A stretch of 64,000 bases of DNA, from the sequence record KX397371.1, one strand, 5' to 3'. This document shows, one piece after another, positions 54,561 through 64,000 of the stretch (position 1 is its first letter; each line of letters starts with the position of its first letter). The translations under genes and the position numbers were made by a program. Below the pieces are notes generated by a model. That model saw only the letters and a program-made list of their open reading frames with translations. It did no database searches and was not told the origin of the DNA.

Positions 54561-54564
54561 AACA

Positions 54565-54605
54565 CGACACCTATTCCTTCGGGGGTAGGTGTCGCTTTAT
54601 TTTTA
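54565..54605 (+). terminator. Intrinsic terminator
   Basis: cgacacctattcc-ttcg-ggggtaggtgtcg followed by ctttatttttt. Confidence 0.85.
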
Positions 54606-54648
54606 CACAACCAACCCATCTAATGTATACCCACAGGAGAGTTTAATC

Positions 54649-55404
54649 ATGACCGAAGTCACCCCAACCAAACGCACGCCGAATATCTTCGATGCACCCG
54701 ATATCCATATCCCAACCATCGTCATCGGTATCGACGCCGAGACTAAGTCAACCCGCGCCGATGCGTATCCGGTTGCCATTGGGGCAGGGGCATGGGACAT
54801 CGCCACAATGCGTCTTATCGCGACGCATTACCAGACCATCGACCCGAACGATGAGAAGGCCAAAGCCATCTTCCATGAAGACCCATACACCATGGCGTGG
54901 TGGCGTGGGGAAGGGGATAACCCAGACTATGCTCCATCGCGTGAAGCGTATGCCGAAGCATTCTCCGGCACCATGCCGATGCCAGAAGCGTTGTGGGGGA
55001 TGTACAACTTCCTTGAGAAGTTCAAATCTCACAAGGTTGCACTGACTATGCGTGGCCCAGAGTTCGATCAACCGATTCTGATGAACGCCTTTGCCCAGTG
55101 TGATGTCCCGACGAGTCTCCTGAAACGTTTCTCAATGCTGGACTCTGACCGGACGGCTGAGCGTATTATGCACGCTTTCAACCTGACGCCGGACTACCGT
55201 GCGGAATCACATAACTGGACGCGCGGTAAAGACGCTTATCTGCACCATGCCTGTTTTGATGCAGCGCGTGAAGGTTACATTACTGCCCGTATTTATCACT
55301 TAGCGCTGGTTGCGCGGTTGCACGGCTTTGACCGTATGCTTGAAGCGCACAACCAACTGATGACCGGTGAATATACGGCTATGGATTATCTGAGAGAGGA
55401 ATAA
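54649..55404 (+). CDS. DEDDh 3'-5' exonuclease
   Basis: GIDAET (ExoI), RGPEFDQPIL (ExoII), HHACFDA (ExoIII). ATG after ggaga. Confidence 0.8.
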   Translation: MTEVTPTKRTPNIFDAPDIHIPTIVIGIDAETKSTRADAYPVAIGAGAWDIATMRLIATHYQTIDPNDEKAKAIFHEDPYTMAWWRGEGDNPDYAPSREAYAEAFSGTMPMPEALWGMYNFLEKFKSHKVALTMRGPEFDQPILMNAFAQCDVPTSLLKRFSMLDSDRTAERIMHAFNLTPDYRAESHNWTRGKDAYLHHACFDAAREGYITARIYHLALVARLHGFDRMLEAHNQLMTGEYTAMDYLREE

Positions 55405-56924
55405 TGGACGTTAAAGAGTACGATCATGTCGTCGTCTATACGGACGGTAGTCGTGTAGGCCCTCCAAATGGTACGGGGGGCGGTATCCACGGGTACGCTT
55501 TCAACAGTGGGGTGTTAAATGAAAACACCCCGTACAGCCTGCCGGACGTAGAGGAGTGTGTCACGACCAACGGGTACAAGAAGTTCCCGAAGGACATTAA
55601 GAAGCCCACGGTACCTGAAACAGTTGATTTCTTCGACTGTGTAATTCCCGTTCCGGCGGAGTTCTGGTCGGACGTGGCAGAACTGATGGCATTTATCAGT
55701 CTCTTTGAAAACTCACCTATCCTTGCCAAGAACTACACCATCTATATCGATGCGTCTTACGTGGTCAACGCGTGGAACGATTGGATGGACGGATGGCGTA
55801 AGCGCGGTTGGACGAAGGCAGACGGTACCCCGATTGCTAACGTCAACCTTATCAAGAAGATTGATGAGATTAAGACCCGTTTGCGTCAAGAAGGCCGTTC
55901 TATCCGCGTGATCAAAATCAAAGGCCACGCAGGGTTCTACGGTAACGAGCGTGCAGACATGATGGCGCGTAAAGCCTCATCAATGGTTGCTGCGGGTCAA
56001 GGGGTTGAGTACCGTCCGTTGTGGAGCGTCTCCGGTGAGCTGCCTGTGGAACCCGAAGCTGAGGTCATGGGTAGCGACGGCAGTTTACTCAACATGCCAA
56101 AAATCACCAACACGAAGTTCTGCTATCCGTTAGTGAATGAGGAACACCCAACCTTGTCCATTAACGGTGAAAGCTGGAAATACATGTTCGGTGGGAACCA
56201 CGCAAAGAACAAGGAAGATATCGTGTTCATCGGTAAGATGATACCCGATGCGCAGTTTGCGGTGTTCCTGAGTAAAGACGGTTGGGATAACATTTACCAG
56301 TTGGTCAACAAGCACAACGAATTGGCGTGGGATAATATCCCGCCGATGAAACGTTATGACCCAATTGCCATTGTGTACAACACGATGATTAAGCGCAAGA
56401 AGTTCCAAGACGCTGCGAAAGAAGGGTTGCCGGTTAATCTGATGAAATTCAGTGAAGACGGGAACCTGTGGATGTACGATGACCTTGCAATTACGCGTGT
56501 CGTGCGCCCAGCGCTGCTCTCTTACCGTGCGTTGGAAATCCGTGATGAACTGGCTGCCTTTTTACGCGACGGCGTAGAAGACCGCTCAAGCGTTGTGCTG
56601 AACGATATCACCCATCTGCTATTTGATGAGAAAGACAAGCCGGTGAAGACCTTCTACCGTAATGTCGATGTCAGCTTCAACGTGAAGGTCAACTACCCTG
56701 AAAGTGACAAGCAGATTCCGATTATCCTGACCCGTAATATCGACATGCCGGATCGTACCGACATGAACCGTATCATGGAGCCAGGCGGTAAATGGTACGT
56801 GGCTTGTCGTCGTCCCCAGAAACGTTGCGTGGAGTTTGCTGTAGTCTACATTGGTAAGGAATACCATGGACTGTGGTGTGGCTATTATGCCAACAAACGC
56901 ATCCTGAGAGAAGAGGAAGTGTAA
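55404..56924 (+). CDS. rnhA: RNase HI with long C-terminal extension
   Basis: VYTDGS, AELMA, YIDASYV, W..GW...GW, IAN..L, KIKGHAG..GNERAD..AR. Confidence 0.92.
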   Translation: MDVKEYDHVVVYTDGSRVGPPNGTGGGIHGYAFNSGVLNENTPYSLPDVEECVTTNGYKKFPKDIKKPTVPETVDFFDCVIPVPAEFWSDVAELMAFISLFENSPILAKNYTIYIDASYVVNAWNDWMDGWRKRGWTKADGTPIANVNLIKKIDEIKTRLRQEGRSIRVIKIKGHAGFYGNERADMMARKASSMVAAGQGVEYRPLWSVSGELPVEPEAEVMGSDGSLLNMPKITNTKFCYPLVNEEHPTLSINGESWKYMFGGNHAKNKEDIVFIGKMIPDAQFAVFLSKDGWDNIYQLVNKHNELAWDNIPPMKRYDPIAIVYNTMIKRKKFQDAAKEGLPVNLMKFSEDGNLWMYDDLAITRVVRPALLSYRALEIRDELAAFLRDGVEDRSSVVLNDITHLLFDEKDKPVKTFYRNVDVSFNVKVNYPESDKQIPIILTRNIDMPDRTDMNRIMEPGGKWYVACRRPQKRCVEFAVVYIGKEYHGLWCGYYANKRILREEEV

Positions 56925-57676
56925 TGCAGAAGTTGCACAGCCAAACGCTTGTGATGCACACCGCGCAGTTGGTGGAGTCGATGGCGGACTACGCGTTTCT
57001 CACGTATGTGAAAGACCGTGCACGGTGTCAGGTGGAAGGGATTCCACCGTTTGATTGTCGTGAGATTGGGAAGCAGGCCATGGCGGAAGTCGTGGCTGAA
57101 CTCCTGCTCGATGCGATCATGGGAATTAACGCCAACACCGGTTTCAGTTATCGCGGCGTCGTGAAGATGCCGGTTATCCACACTGAGAAGTATCAGAACT
57201 GGCGTGATTCAGGTAATTGTGGGATGTTCACCATCGAAGAGATGTTTGACGCCCATTGTCGCGAGTTACCACTGGGGCCACTCATCGAAGGCGCTATCCG
57301 CTGGTACACCAGTGAGTTTGTCAACGAGATCATGGCACTGATCAACAACGATTGGTACTGTGACCGAGAAAATGAACTCGTTATCTTTACCAATCGTGAG
57401 TTGCTCGTGAAGCAGATTCTCAACGGGACGGTGGTGTTGCCATTGCTGGCGAAGGAAGATTACGAATTTGCCGCTGAGGCGGACAGCTTCGAAGCAATTC
57501 GTGACGAAGTCTTCCAATGGCCATACTCGTTTGTCACCCAAAACGAGATGAAGGTGTTGCACGAACGTATTCCGTCTTTCATCCTCTCGCCAGAAGACCA
57601 AGATTCCGATGAAGATCCTACGGTCGAACTCTACGTCTTGAAGCCAGAAGTGATTGATAGAATCAAAAAACTCTGA
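56924..57676 (+). CDS. Hypothetical protein
   Basis: TAATG-coupled to RNase H. Confidence 0.6.
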   Translation: MQKLHSQTLVMHTAQLVESMADYAFLTYVKDRARCQVEGIPPFDCREIGKQAMAEVVAELLLDAIMGINANTGFSYRGVVKMPVIHTEKYQNWRDSGNCGMFTIEEMFDAHCRELPLGPLIEGAIRWYTSEFVNEIMALINNDWYCDRENELVIFTNRELLVKQILNGTVVLPLLAKEDYEFAAEADSFEAIRDEVFQWPYSFVTQNEMKVLHERIPSFILSPEDQDSDEDPTVELYVLKPEVIDRIKKL

Positions 57677-57697
57677 GATAGATATTATCTTGGTGAG
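57673..57697 (+). promoter_or_regulatory. Putative early phage promoter motif
   Basis: ctgagatagatattatcttggtgag, matching consensus CTsAGATAkATATTAyyTwGGTGAG. Confidence 0.6.
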
Positions 57698-57718
57698 CAG
57701 TCTATAAGGAGTATCAAA

Positions 57719-58453
57719 ATGCTTCGTGTCAACACCCCCGAACTCCTTCTCTTTAACCCCTCGCTTGTCGAGGGGTTGTTCGACAAGATGTGGGAGCGAT
57801 ACTTTAGAGAGGAGATGAATTCTGACCCGTGGTGGGAACGCTACCGTGGTGACTTCTTTCTGGACTCTTCGCAGATTACGCTGGATGTGTTCAGCCGCTG
57901 TGTCGAAGAAGTAGTACAAGCTGCAAACCTGCGTCGTCCGATGGACTTCAATTACATCACGTTTGATTTTTCATGGTACATGGACAATTACAACTACGAA
58001 TGTGATTTGGGGATAGACGACCAAGAGAAGATTGAAAACAAGATGTTTGATTTCTTCCACTTTGCAATTAACCAATTGGTTTCACAGGAGTTCTTAGATG
58101 CGGCATGCAAACGACTAACCCCGACATGGGAATCCTTAACGGAACTCGTGGGGCAGCGTGGCATTGTGGGCTTCTGGTACGAACCCTGTCAAGGCCAGAT
58201 GCACATGGACTCAGGACGTGACCACGTCTGGGCGGTGCAAGAAGGGGATTATGACGCTGAGCTGTATGCTGAGTGGCAAGGTGCGGTTGCAGGCACACTC
58301 TTTTACCACGCCACCATTGGCGATGGTAATGAGTTTTATTTATTTAATGGGTCGCTTATCCAAGACGGACAAACACTTGACCACATCCCACTTGGGGAGA
58401 TGGTGACACTGTGTCGTCTGACTGAACAAGCACAAACTATCATTGACCTTTAA
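57719..58453 (+). CDS. Acidic hypothetical protein
   Basis: SD aaggag. About 42 D/E versus 16 K/R by hand count. Confidence 0.65.
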   Translation: MLRVNTPELLLFNPSLVEGLFDKMWERYFREEMNSDPWWERYRGDFFLDSSQITLDVFSRCVEEVVQAANLRRPMDFNYITFDFSWYMDNYNYECDLGIDDQEKIENKMFDFFHFAINQLVSQEFLDAACKRLTPTWESLTELVGQRGIVGFWYEPCQGQMHMDSGRDHVWAVQEGDYDAELYAEWQGAVAGTLFYHATIGDGNEFYLFNGSLIQDGQTLDHIPLGEMVTLCRLTEQAQTIIDL

Positions 58454-58465
58454 GGAGTATCTACC

Positions 58466-58834
58466 ATGAAACTTGATCAAGCTATCCAACAGTATGTTAC
58501 CCAATTCGACCGACACGGCCTGTTCCTGCTGCGCTTCACTAACGAAACCCAACTGCTGGAGCACAACCCAAAAACGTTTGCCGTGGTGTATGAAAACGAC
58601 GGCATCGGTGAACCAGAGCGTATGACGCTGCGTAAGCTGCGTCAAGATGCCATTGAAGCCAAGGTCGTTCATGTTCAACCTGTCGTCTGTGCCCAAGGCT
58701 GGCCGGGTAAGCTCGATGTCGAAGCAGACGTGGTGTTAACTGTCGTGCAGGACGGTGACGTGCGTCGACTGGTGCCTGTAAAATGGCGTACCCTTGACAC
58801 CCTGCCAGACGGCGTTGAATTCACGGAGTTGTAA
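58466..58834 (+). CDS. Hypothetical protein
   Basis: SD aaggag. Confidence 0.6.
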   Translation: MKLDQAIQQYVTQFDRHGLFLLRFTNETQLLEHNPKTFAVVYENDGIGEPERMTLRKLRQDAIEAKVVHVQPVVCAQGWPGKLDVEADVVLTVVQDGDVRRLVPVKWRTLDTLPDGVEFTEL

Positions 58835-58836
58835 GT

Positions 58837-59574
58837 ATGGATATGCGTCCCGTCAGGTTATACCTGCTGACGGCGCTTCACGATCATTTGATGCGTCTCG
58901 GTGAGGCGCGTCATATCGCGAAGACAGCGTATCTGATGATTGCGCGAGAAATCGCGCGGTCTGACTTACGTGACCGTCACAAATGGCTGTTAACGGATGT
59001 GTGCGAGCGTTTGAAAGCACGCGTCTATTCGGATGAACTTACCCGTGCCCTTTCCTACGTCTGGGTCTATGATGACATTCGGGACGAATCCTTTCTCGAC
59101 AACAGCGCACGGGTGGTTAAGTTAATCGAACGGGTGACCAACGATTACTACGCAACCACGGGTGGCCTCACAACCGAAGTGAATATCCAAAGCTCCATCT
59201 TGGATTCGCTTCGTGAGACTGCCAATCATCTCGATGCGCCCATTCTTTTTTCTACCGACTATGACCTGTTGCGTTTTCGCATCTGGTTTACTGGGGAAAT
59301 GGATGACGTCGACATGCACGAGCTGTGGTGTCATGACGTGCACAGCATGGATGAATGGACGTCCCTGCTTACGACCTACCCATCGGAGAAATACTTGTGG
59401 CGTCAAGATCACGAGCCGCTGCTTCCAGAGAGATTAGATGAAGAAGGTTACGACATCGAAGCGTTCTGGAAAAACATCACGATTCTCAGTTTGGACAAGC
59501 TCTACGTCGAAGCGAAGGAGCGTCTGTGCTCCGAGGATGAAGACCGATGCGAACTGTACACAGCTATGCACTGA
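58837..59574 (+). CDS. Hypothetical protein
   Basis: 245-aa ORF tightly packed in the block. Confidence 0.6.
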   Translation: MDMRPVRLYLLTALHDHLMRLGEARHIAKTAYLMIAREIARSDLRDRHKWLLTDVCERLKARVYSDELTRALSYVWVYDDIRDESFLDNSARVVKLIERVTNDYYATTGGLTTEVNIQSSILDSLRETANHLDAPILFSTDYDLLRFRIWFTGEMDDVDMHELWCHDVHSMDEWTSLLTTYPSEKYLWRQDHEPLLPERLDEEGYDIEAFWKNITILSLDKLYVEAKERLCSEDEDRCELYTAMH

Positions 59575-59963
59575 TGATGTTCCAAGCGTGGTGGCCAAAG
59601 CTCACGGAAGGGATTATTGGCGTGTCGGGGTGGGAATATGTGCTGGTGACCTCGTACCTGATAGAGTGTGCGAAGAACGGCCTTATCCTGCCCAGTGAAC
59701 GTCGTCAGGCGATGCTGATGGAGAAACTTGACTCCATGTATCCCGCGGCGATGTTCCAACACCGTAAGCATTTGTTCCATGCTGCGCTTGTTGAGTTAGG
59801 TGATGAACGTACTGCGATTATCGTGAAGAAAATACGCGATGAGATGGTTAATGTGTCACGCGAACTTAATCTGGTTTGGGTCGGTGTGTCGTACACACCG
59901 TTAGATGTTGTTCGTTGTCGTTACCAAGTTAATTTCGCAGCCACAACCCGAGGTGTTGCATGA
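59574..59963 (+). CDS. Hypothetical protein
   Basis: TGATG overlap with the previous stop. Confidence 0.55.
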   Translation: MMFQAWWPKLTEGIIGVSGWEYVLVTSYLIECAKNGLILPSERRQAMLMEKLDSMYPAAMFQHRKHLFHAALVELGDERTAIIVKKIRDEMVNVSRELNLVWVGVSYTPLDVVRCRYQVNFAATTRGVA

Positions 59964-60499
59964 AAGTATTATTAGACTTCTCGTTATCAGAATCGCGGGC
60001 AAAGCTCGATGCGGTTTTGCTGGCGATGAAGAAGTCATTGGAGTTCGAAGTCCACAACGCGCTCGCGGAGTATGAGCGTACGTTAAAAGTGGAAACGGGC
60101 GATACCTATTGTCTGGTCGATGCCGAGGGGATTGTCAAAACCACGGTCGATGGGATGATTGATAAAGTCCGTAACGTCCTCAGTACCCCACTGCCAGTTA
60201 TGGTGGCACACTGGGACGATGGGGCCGATGTACTTGACCTGATTCGCGATGCCTTTGAGAAAGGTGCAGCGAACATGGAAAGTATGGCACTGGGTGATGC
60301 TACCGAAGTGTACGTGACCGTCCCGATGAAAGAGGGCGGTAACAACTTTGAGATGGTGTCTCTGCACGAGGTGCTGAACACGGCCAATTCGCAGGCGATT
60401 GATAAGATACTGAACGACGCGTGTGTTAAAGTGCGCGACATCTGTATCAAAGAGATTGTCTACATTCAGGAAAAACTCTTGAAGGGAGCTACCTGGTGA
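59960..60499 (+). CDS. Hypothetical helical protein
   Basis: ATGA-coupled, SD gaggtg. Confidence 0.6.
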   Translation: MKVLLDFSLSESRAKLDAVLLAMKKSLEFEVHNALAEYERTLKVETGDTYCLVDAEGIVKTTVDGMIDKVRNVLSTPLPVMVAHWDDGADVLDLIRDAFEKGAANMESMALGDATEVYVTVPMKEGGNNFEMVSLHEVLNTANSQAIDKILNDACVKVRDICIKEIVYIQEKLLKGATW

Positions 60500-61098
60500 A
60501 ACTCCACATTAACCTGACCCCCAGTAACTTTGAAAAGCACTGGCCGGAAATGATGATGCAAATCCGTGAGTCGATGGATGCGTTCATGCATGAGTTTACC
60601 GGCTTGGCGGTAGAAGACAACAAACTTCTCACGCTGCCACTCTGGTCTGTTTTGTTTGATCCGATATCGCGGTTGTCTAACTCCATGCTGACGTTTGAAT
60701 TTGACAAGACAGACATCGAAGATAAACGTATTGAGAAGAACATCGAGATTATCACCCTCGATACGAAACTCGACAGCGTGCTGGAAGACATTCGCGATGC
60801 GGTGAACTACGAGTTGAATGAGTTCAAGACATCCACCACTGCGAATGAAGCACTCAACGAATGGTTAAAAGAGATGTCTGACGAAACCCGTGGTAAGTTA
60901 CGGGATGAGTTGGTTGGGTTGGTTCATCGACACATCTCGACACTACTCGATATCCTGTTCGCGCAACTGACAGCGGAAATCATCGAAATCTCGTTCCGCT
61001 TTCGCCCGCGTCCGGTGTTAGTGTCAACGGATGGTGGTACGAAGATGGTAGGACGTATATCGGATATGATTCAGGACGTCCCTGACGAACCGGCTTAA
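60496..61098 (+). CDS. Hypothetical acidic helical protein
   Basis: GTGA-coupled, SD gggag. Confidence 0.6.
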   Translation: MKLHINLTPSNFEKHWPEMMMQIRESMDAFMHEFTGLAVEDNKLLTLPLWSVLFDPISRLSNSMLTFEFDKTDIEDKRIEKNIEIITLDTKLDSVLEDIRDAVNYELNEFKTSTTANEALNEWLKEMSDETRGKLRDELVGLVHRHISTLLDILFAQLTAEIIEISFRFRPRPVLVSTDGGTKMVGRISDMIQDVPDEPA

Positions 61099-61100
61099 CC

Positions 61101-61580
61101 ATGAACGTGTATTTCGATTACGATGACTCGCATATCCGGCAGTTGTGGGTTGATGCGTTTGACAGTATTCGTATCGATTTGCAAGAGTATCTGCGAAATC
61201 AGATGCGTGAGTGCTCGCACACGGAATCGGTTGTTCTGGCGCAAACGTTGTTACAGCCCACCTATCAGGTGTTTTACAAACAACACGACACTGTGTTTCG
61301 GACGGTCGTGGAAAAGGAAGACTTAGACGCATCGGAGTATTCGTTTGAGCTTGACGATGAAGCATACCGGAAACTCATCACCCAGAGTATCGAGGTGTCG
61401 GTTGTGGCAACGAAGAAGACGTGGAATGTCAGGACGTTGCCGGTGTTATTCGACCGGGATATCGTCTGCCAAAAAATCGAGGCCATTCTCTTCGAGCATT
61501 TGGATGAGTTTGTCATTGAGTTGGTTGGGTACATGGAAGCCTTTGTCAACGAACTGATAGAGCAACGTCGAAATAAATAA
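61101..61580 (+). CDS. Hypothetical acidic helical protein
   Basis: Starts 2 nt after the previous stop. Confidence 0.6.
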   Translation: MNVYFDYDDSHIRQLWVDAFDSIRIDLQEYLRNQMRECSHTESVVLAQTLLQPTYQVFYKQHDTVFRTVVEKEDLDASEYSFELDDEAYRKLITQSIEVSVVATKKTWNVRTLPVLFDRDIVCQKIEAILFEHLDEFVIELVGYMEAFVNELIEQRRNK

Positions 61581-61622
61581 AAAGCCTACCTACTCCATCG
61601 GGAGTAGGTAGCTTTATTTTTT
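61571..61622. terminator. Bidirectional terminator (twin of 51546)
   Basis: ctacctactcc-atcg-ggagtaggtag with flanks identical to 51546. Confidence 0.85.
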
Positions 61623-62378
61623 TTATTTTGAATTGGCCTTTAAGGCTTTCAGTCTATCCCCGGTCTGGCTTAATGCTTGAATCAGCTCGTTGTTCTGTTT
61701 CATGAACAGACCAAACAGCTCAACCCAATCGGATGCCATGTCCAGCATCTTGACGATTTCAGCAGCGCACTGCGGATGTACCGGCGTTTCTGCTAACTCA
61801 TCTGTGCTGGCACCGATGCTGGCAATCAGCTTATCGATATTGCGCTTGAGCTTTTCAGTAACCTCTTTGCTCAGTGCTTTGCTGCGGTTGAACGCCACAT
61901 CAATCTCACCGGCATTGTGGAAGACCTTCTCAATCGGACGTTGGTCGACCGACGTTGTGGTGTAAGACGCAGCCAATTTCTTGACGAGGTCTTTCGGGTC
62001 AACGTTTTTGAGCGGGTATTTCAAATCTTTGAAGCGGAAACCGACAGGAACGGTAAGCATTCCTTTGTCATGGGTAAACGCAGCCAGTTGGCGGTTCACC
62101 GGTTCCAGCACGCCATCAATCAGGTTGTCCAGTACAGACCACACCGATTCCAGACGCTGGATATGGTCAATCATGTACACGTTCAGACCCGGTGGTACGG
62201 TGACAAGCATCCCGGAGAAATGCAGGAACTTCTCTTGCTGCATCCATTTGGACATTGCCGACATGTCATCGTAGTTTGCCGGTTTGATTTCTTGTTCGCT
62301 TCCGTTGAACGTCTTAGGAAGCACAGCCGACACTTTCGAGGCAAAAGTAGAAAGCGCGGCAATCGGGTTCAGGTTCAT
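61623..62378 (-). CDS. Probable virion protein, helical
   Basis: ATG at 62378 after SD gaggtg. Position next to the RecA-like gene resembles phiKZ-like gene order (context only). Confidence 0.5.
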   Translation of the reverse strand: MNLNPIAALSTFASKVSAVLPKTFNGSEQEIKPANYDDMSAMSKWMQQEKFLHFSGMLVTVPPGLNVYMIDHIQRLESVWSVLDNLIDGVLEPVNRQLAAFTHDKGMLTVPVGFRFKDLKYPLKNVDPKDLVKKLAASYTTTSVDQRPIEKVFHNAGEIDVAFNRSKALSKEVTEKLKRNIDKLIASIGASTDELAETPVHPQCAAEIVKMLDMASDWVELFGLFMKQNNELIQALSQTGDRLKALKANSK

Positions 62379-62469
62379 TTTCACCTCGGTGGAAGGGTAG
62401 GCTACATACTAAGTCTTTTTACGGTTAAGCCCTGTGTTATGTAGACGACTAACCCCTGAGGAATTGAAG

Positions 62470-62745
62470 ATGCAAATCAAAATGTTTACGCGTGCCTTGT
62501 CCGCGAAATTCGAACCTGAAATCTATTTCACCCCGCTGCGTAAGGATAATGAAGGCAATCGTGTTGTGGTTGGTCGTATCCTGAAATCAGAAACGCTGGC
62601 TGATGGTAAGCGTCAGTTGACCATCGAAATCGACGATCGTAACAAAAACCGTTTCAAAGACTTGGGCGAAGAAGCCTGGGTTGAGCAACACTTCGAACTG
62701 AATAACAAGCGTCGCCTGATGCTGCCTACCAAAAAACGCGCTTAA
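62470..62745 (+). CDS. Hypothetical protein
   Basis: ATG after gagga, upstream of the RecA-like gene. Confidence 0.55.
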   Translation: MQIKMFTRALSAKFEPEIYFTPLRKDNEGNRVVVGRILKSETLADGKRQLTIEIDDRNKNRFKDLGEEAWVEQHFELNNKRRLMLPTKKRA

Positions 62746-62757
62746 CGGAGTTACGAC

Positions 62758-64000
62758 ATGGCAGGTCCAGCAAAACAAGTCATGGGTGAGGTGATTCGCC
62801 CACGCTTTAACGTCTACACCATTATGGATCATGCGCTTGGTACGTATGTGAAAGGTGAAGACGGCCTCTACTACCTGAACGGTGGTTTTGCCCACATCAT
62901 GGGCTTTGCGGGTCGCGGTAACACCTTTAAGTCGACGCTGATGGATTTCTGCATCTTCCAGATGCTTATCCGTTATCGTGCTGCGTGGGGGTCGAAGTTC
63001 GATACCGAAGTCTCAGCAGCACTCGACCGTCTGGAGCAGGGCTATATCTCTGCACAGAACGCCAACGGTATCCACGATGGGTCTTCTGTACTGAGCCTCA
63101 TTGAAGAAGAACGTTATAACCTCGTGGGTTCTGACGTCATGCCGGGCGAAGAGTATTACGCCAACTACATCCGTGATGAAGTGGAAGGCCGCTTTAAAGC
63201 GTACATGGGCGGCAAGGGTGTGCGTGAAACGCCGTTCCCTGATCCGGTACGCAAACGCAATAAGACCATGAACGACCCATGGTATTACTCCATCGACTCC
63301 CTGTCTGAGTGGCACTCGTCTAAAATTGAAGACAAGCACTCTGAAACCAAAGTCGGTGATTCAGAGCAGAACGCCCTGAACATGCGTGACTCACTGGAGA
63401 AATCCAACATGATGTCACGTTGGCCGTCAGCGCTGGCTCGTGGTGGCTTCTTCTTAGCCTTCGTTGCGCAGCTGGCTGATGACTCCGGTAAAGCAATGTC
63501 GCAGGGCGGCAAAGGCGCGAAGCCTGCTAACGCCAAACTGCTGGATGATGCGGGCGATGATCTGAAATTCGCGGGCATCCCACGTCGTCAAATTTCCTTC
63601 CTGACCAACTCCCTGCTGGTTGCGACCAAGTCGGGTGAGCTGAAACATGAAGGTAGCTACGACGCGAAGACCGGCGTCAACGAAGAGTTGTACCCGACCA
63701 AACGTTCGAAGGCGATGAACGCCTCGGTGAACGACCTGAAAGAAATCGTCTTCACACAGTATCGTGCGAAGGGCGGCCATACCGGTGTGAAATTCCGTAT
63801 GGTGTTCTCTCAGGAGATGGGTCTGCTGTATCACCTCTCACTGTGGCATTACCTCGATAAGGTACTGAAAACCGAATACGGTTACACCAGTGCTGGTTCA
63901 GGTGGCGCTATCAAAGAGCTGGCGATTCTGCCGGGTCTCAAGTTCGGCCGTACGACGATTCGTGACCTCTGCGATGAGAACGTGCGTCTGCGTCGTGCAC
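62758..64000 (+). CDS. uvsX: RecA/UvsX-like recombinase (3'-truncated by window edge; absent from ORF track)
   Basis: Hand translation MAGPAKQVMGEVIRPRFNVYT..GFAGRGNTFKST (Walker A), FDTE, IDSLS (Walker B). SD ggag. No stop before 64000. Confidence 0.8.
   Translation, partial: MAGPAKQVMGEVIRPRFNVYTIMDHALGTYVKGEDGLYYLNGGFAHIMGFAGRGNTFKSTLMDFCIFQMLIRYRAAWGSKFDTEVSAALDRLEQGYISAQNANGIHDGSSVLSLIEEERYNLVGSDVMPGEEYYANYIRDEVEGRFKAYMGGKGVRETPFPDPVRKRNKTMNDPWYYSIDSLSEWHSSKIEDKHSETKVGDSEQNALNMRDSLEKSNMMSRWPSALARGGFFLAFVAQLADDSGKAMSQGGKGAKPANAKLLDDAGDDLKFAGIPRRQISFLTNSLLVATKSGELKHEGSYDAKTGVNEELYPTKRSKAMNASVNDLKEIVFTQYRAKGGHTGVKFRMVFSQEMGLLYHLSLWHYLDKVLKTEYGYTSAGSGGAIKELAILPGLKFGRTTIRDLCDENVRLRRA

Noticed and set aside
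57266-57919. 217-aa minus-strand ORF
   Set aside because: Antisense across two plus-strand genes and the promoter motif, with no SD or motif.
62587-63834. Minus-strand ORFs near the window end
   Set aside because: Antisense to the RecA/UvsX-like frame starting at 62758, which the track omitted because it has no stop in the window.
1-64000. tRNA, rRNA, integrase, transposase or intron/homing endonuclease
   Set aside because: No cloverleaf-like intergenic sequence or diagnostic protein motif was noticed, and the intergenic gaps are mostly occupied by terminators.

Overview
A 64-kb stretch of a lytic jumbo-phage genome, phiKZ/SPN3US-like by gene content and order. An enterobacterial host is inferred from a DUF1471-type gene. 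Layout: (i) 1-11.7 kb, nine related virion/fibre-like genes arranged as three A-B-C triplets, plus a lipoprotein and two small structural genes; (ii) 11.8-32.2 kb on the minus strand, four paralogous tail-fibre-like genes followed directly by three Cys-rich (Cys-x3) peptides, an unknown ORF, two radical SAM enzymes (one with SPASM), another unknown ORF, a DUF4376-like tail-assembly gene and a GH108 endolysin cassette; (iii) 32-35 kb, virion genes including a central spike with an HxH tip; (iv) 35-51.5 kb, blocks of small accessory genes behind a repeated promoter-like motif, including SbcC, a GNAT, a macrodomain, an ART-like protein, an EF-Tu N-terminus look-alike, exported proteins and an SLT; (v) 51.6-64 kb, virion genes, a spanin-like pair, a DEDDh exonuclease, RNase H, an acidic hypothetical block and a truncated RecA/UvsX. 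The most striking feature is the phage-encoded radical-SAM peptide-modification locus. Its three precursors share a ~50-aa leader carrying the RhxxhE trimeric coiled-coil motif, and the locus is embedded in the tail-fibre module. This suggests enzymatically cross-linked virion parts rather than a secreted RiPP. No tRNA, rRNA, CRISPR array, integrase or transposase was seen. All family assignments are from motif recognition by eye; no searches were run.
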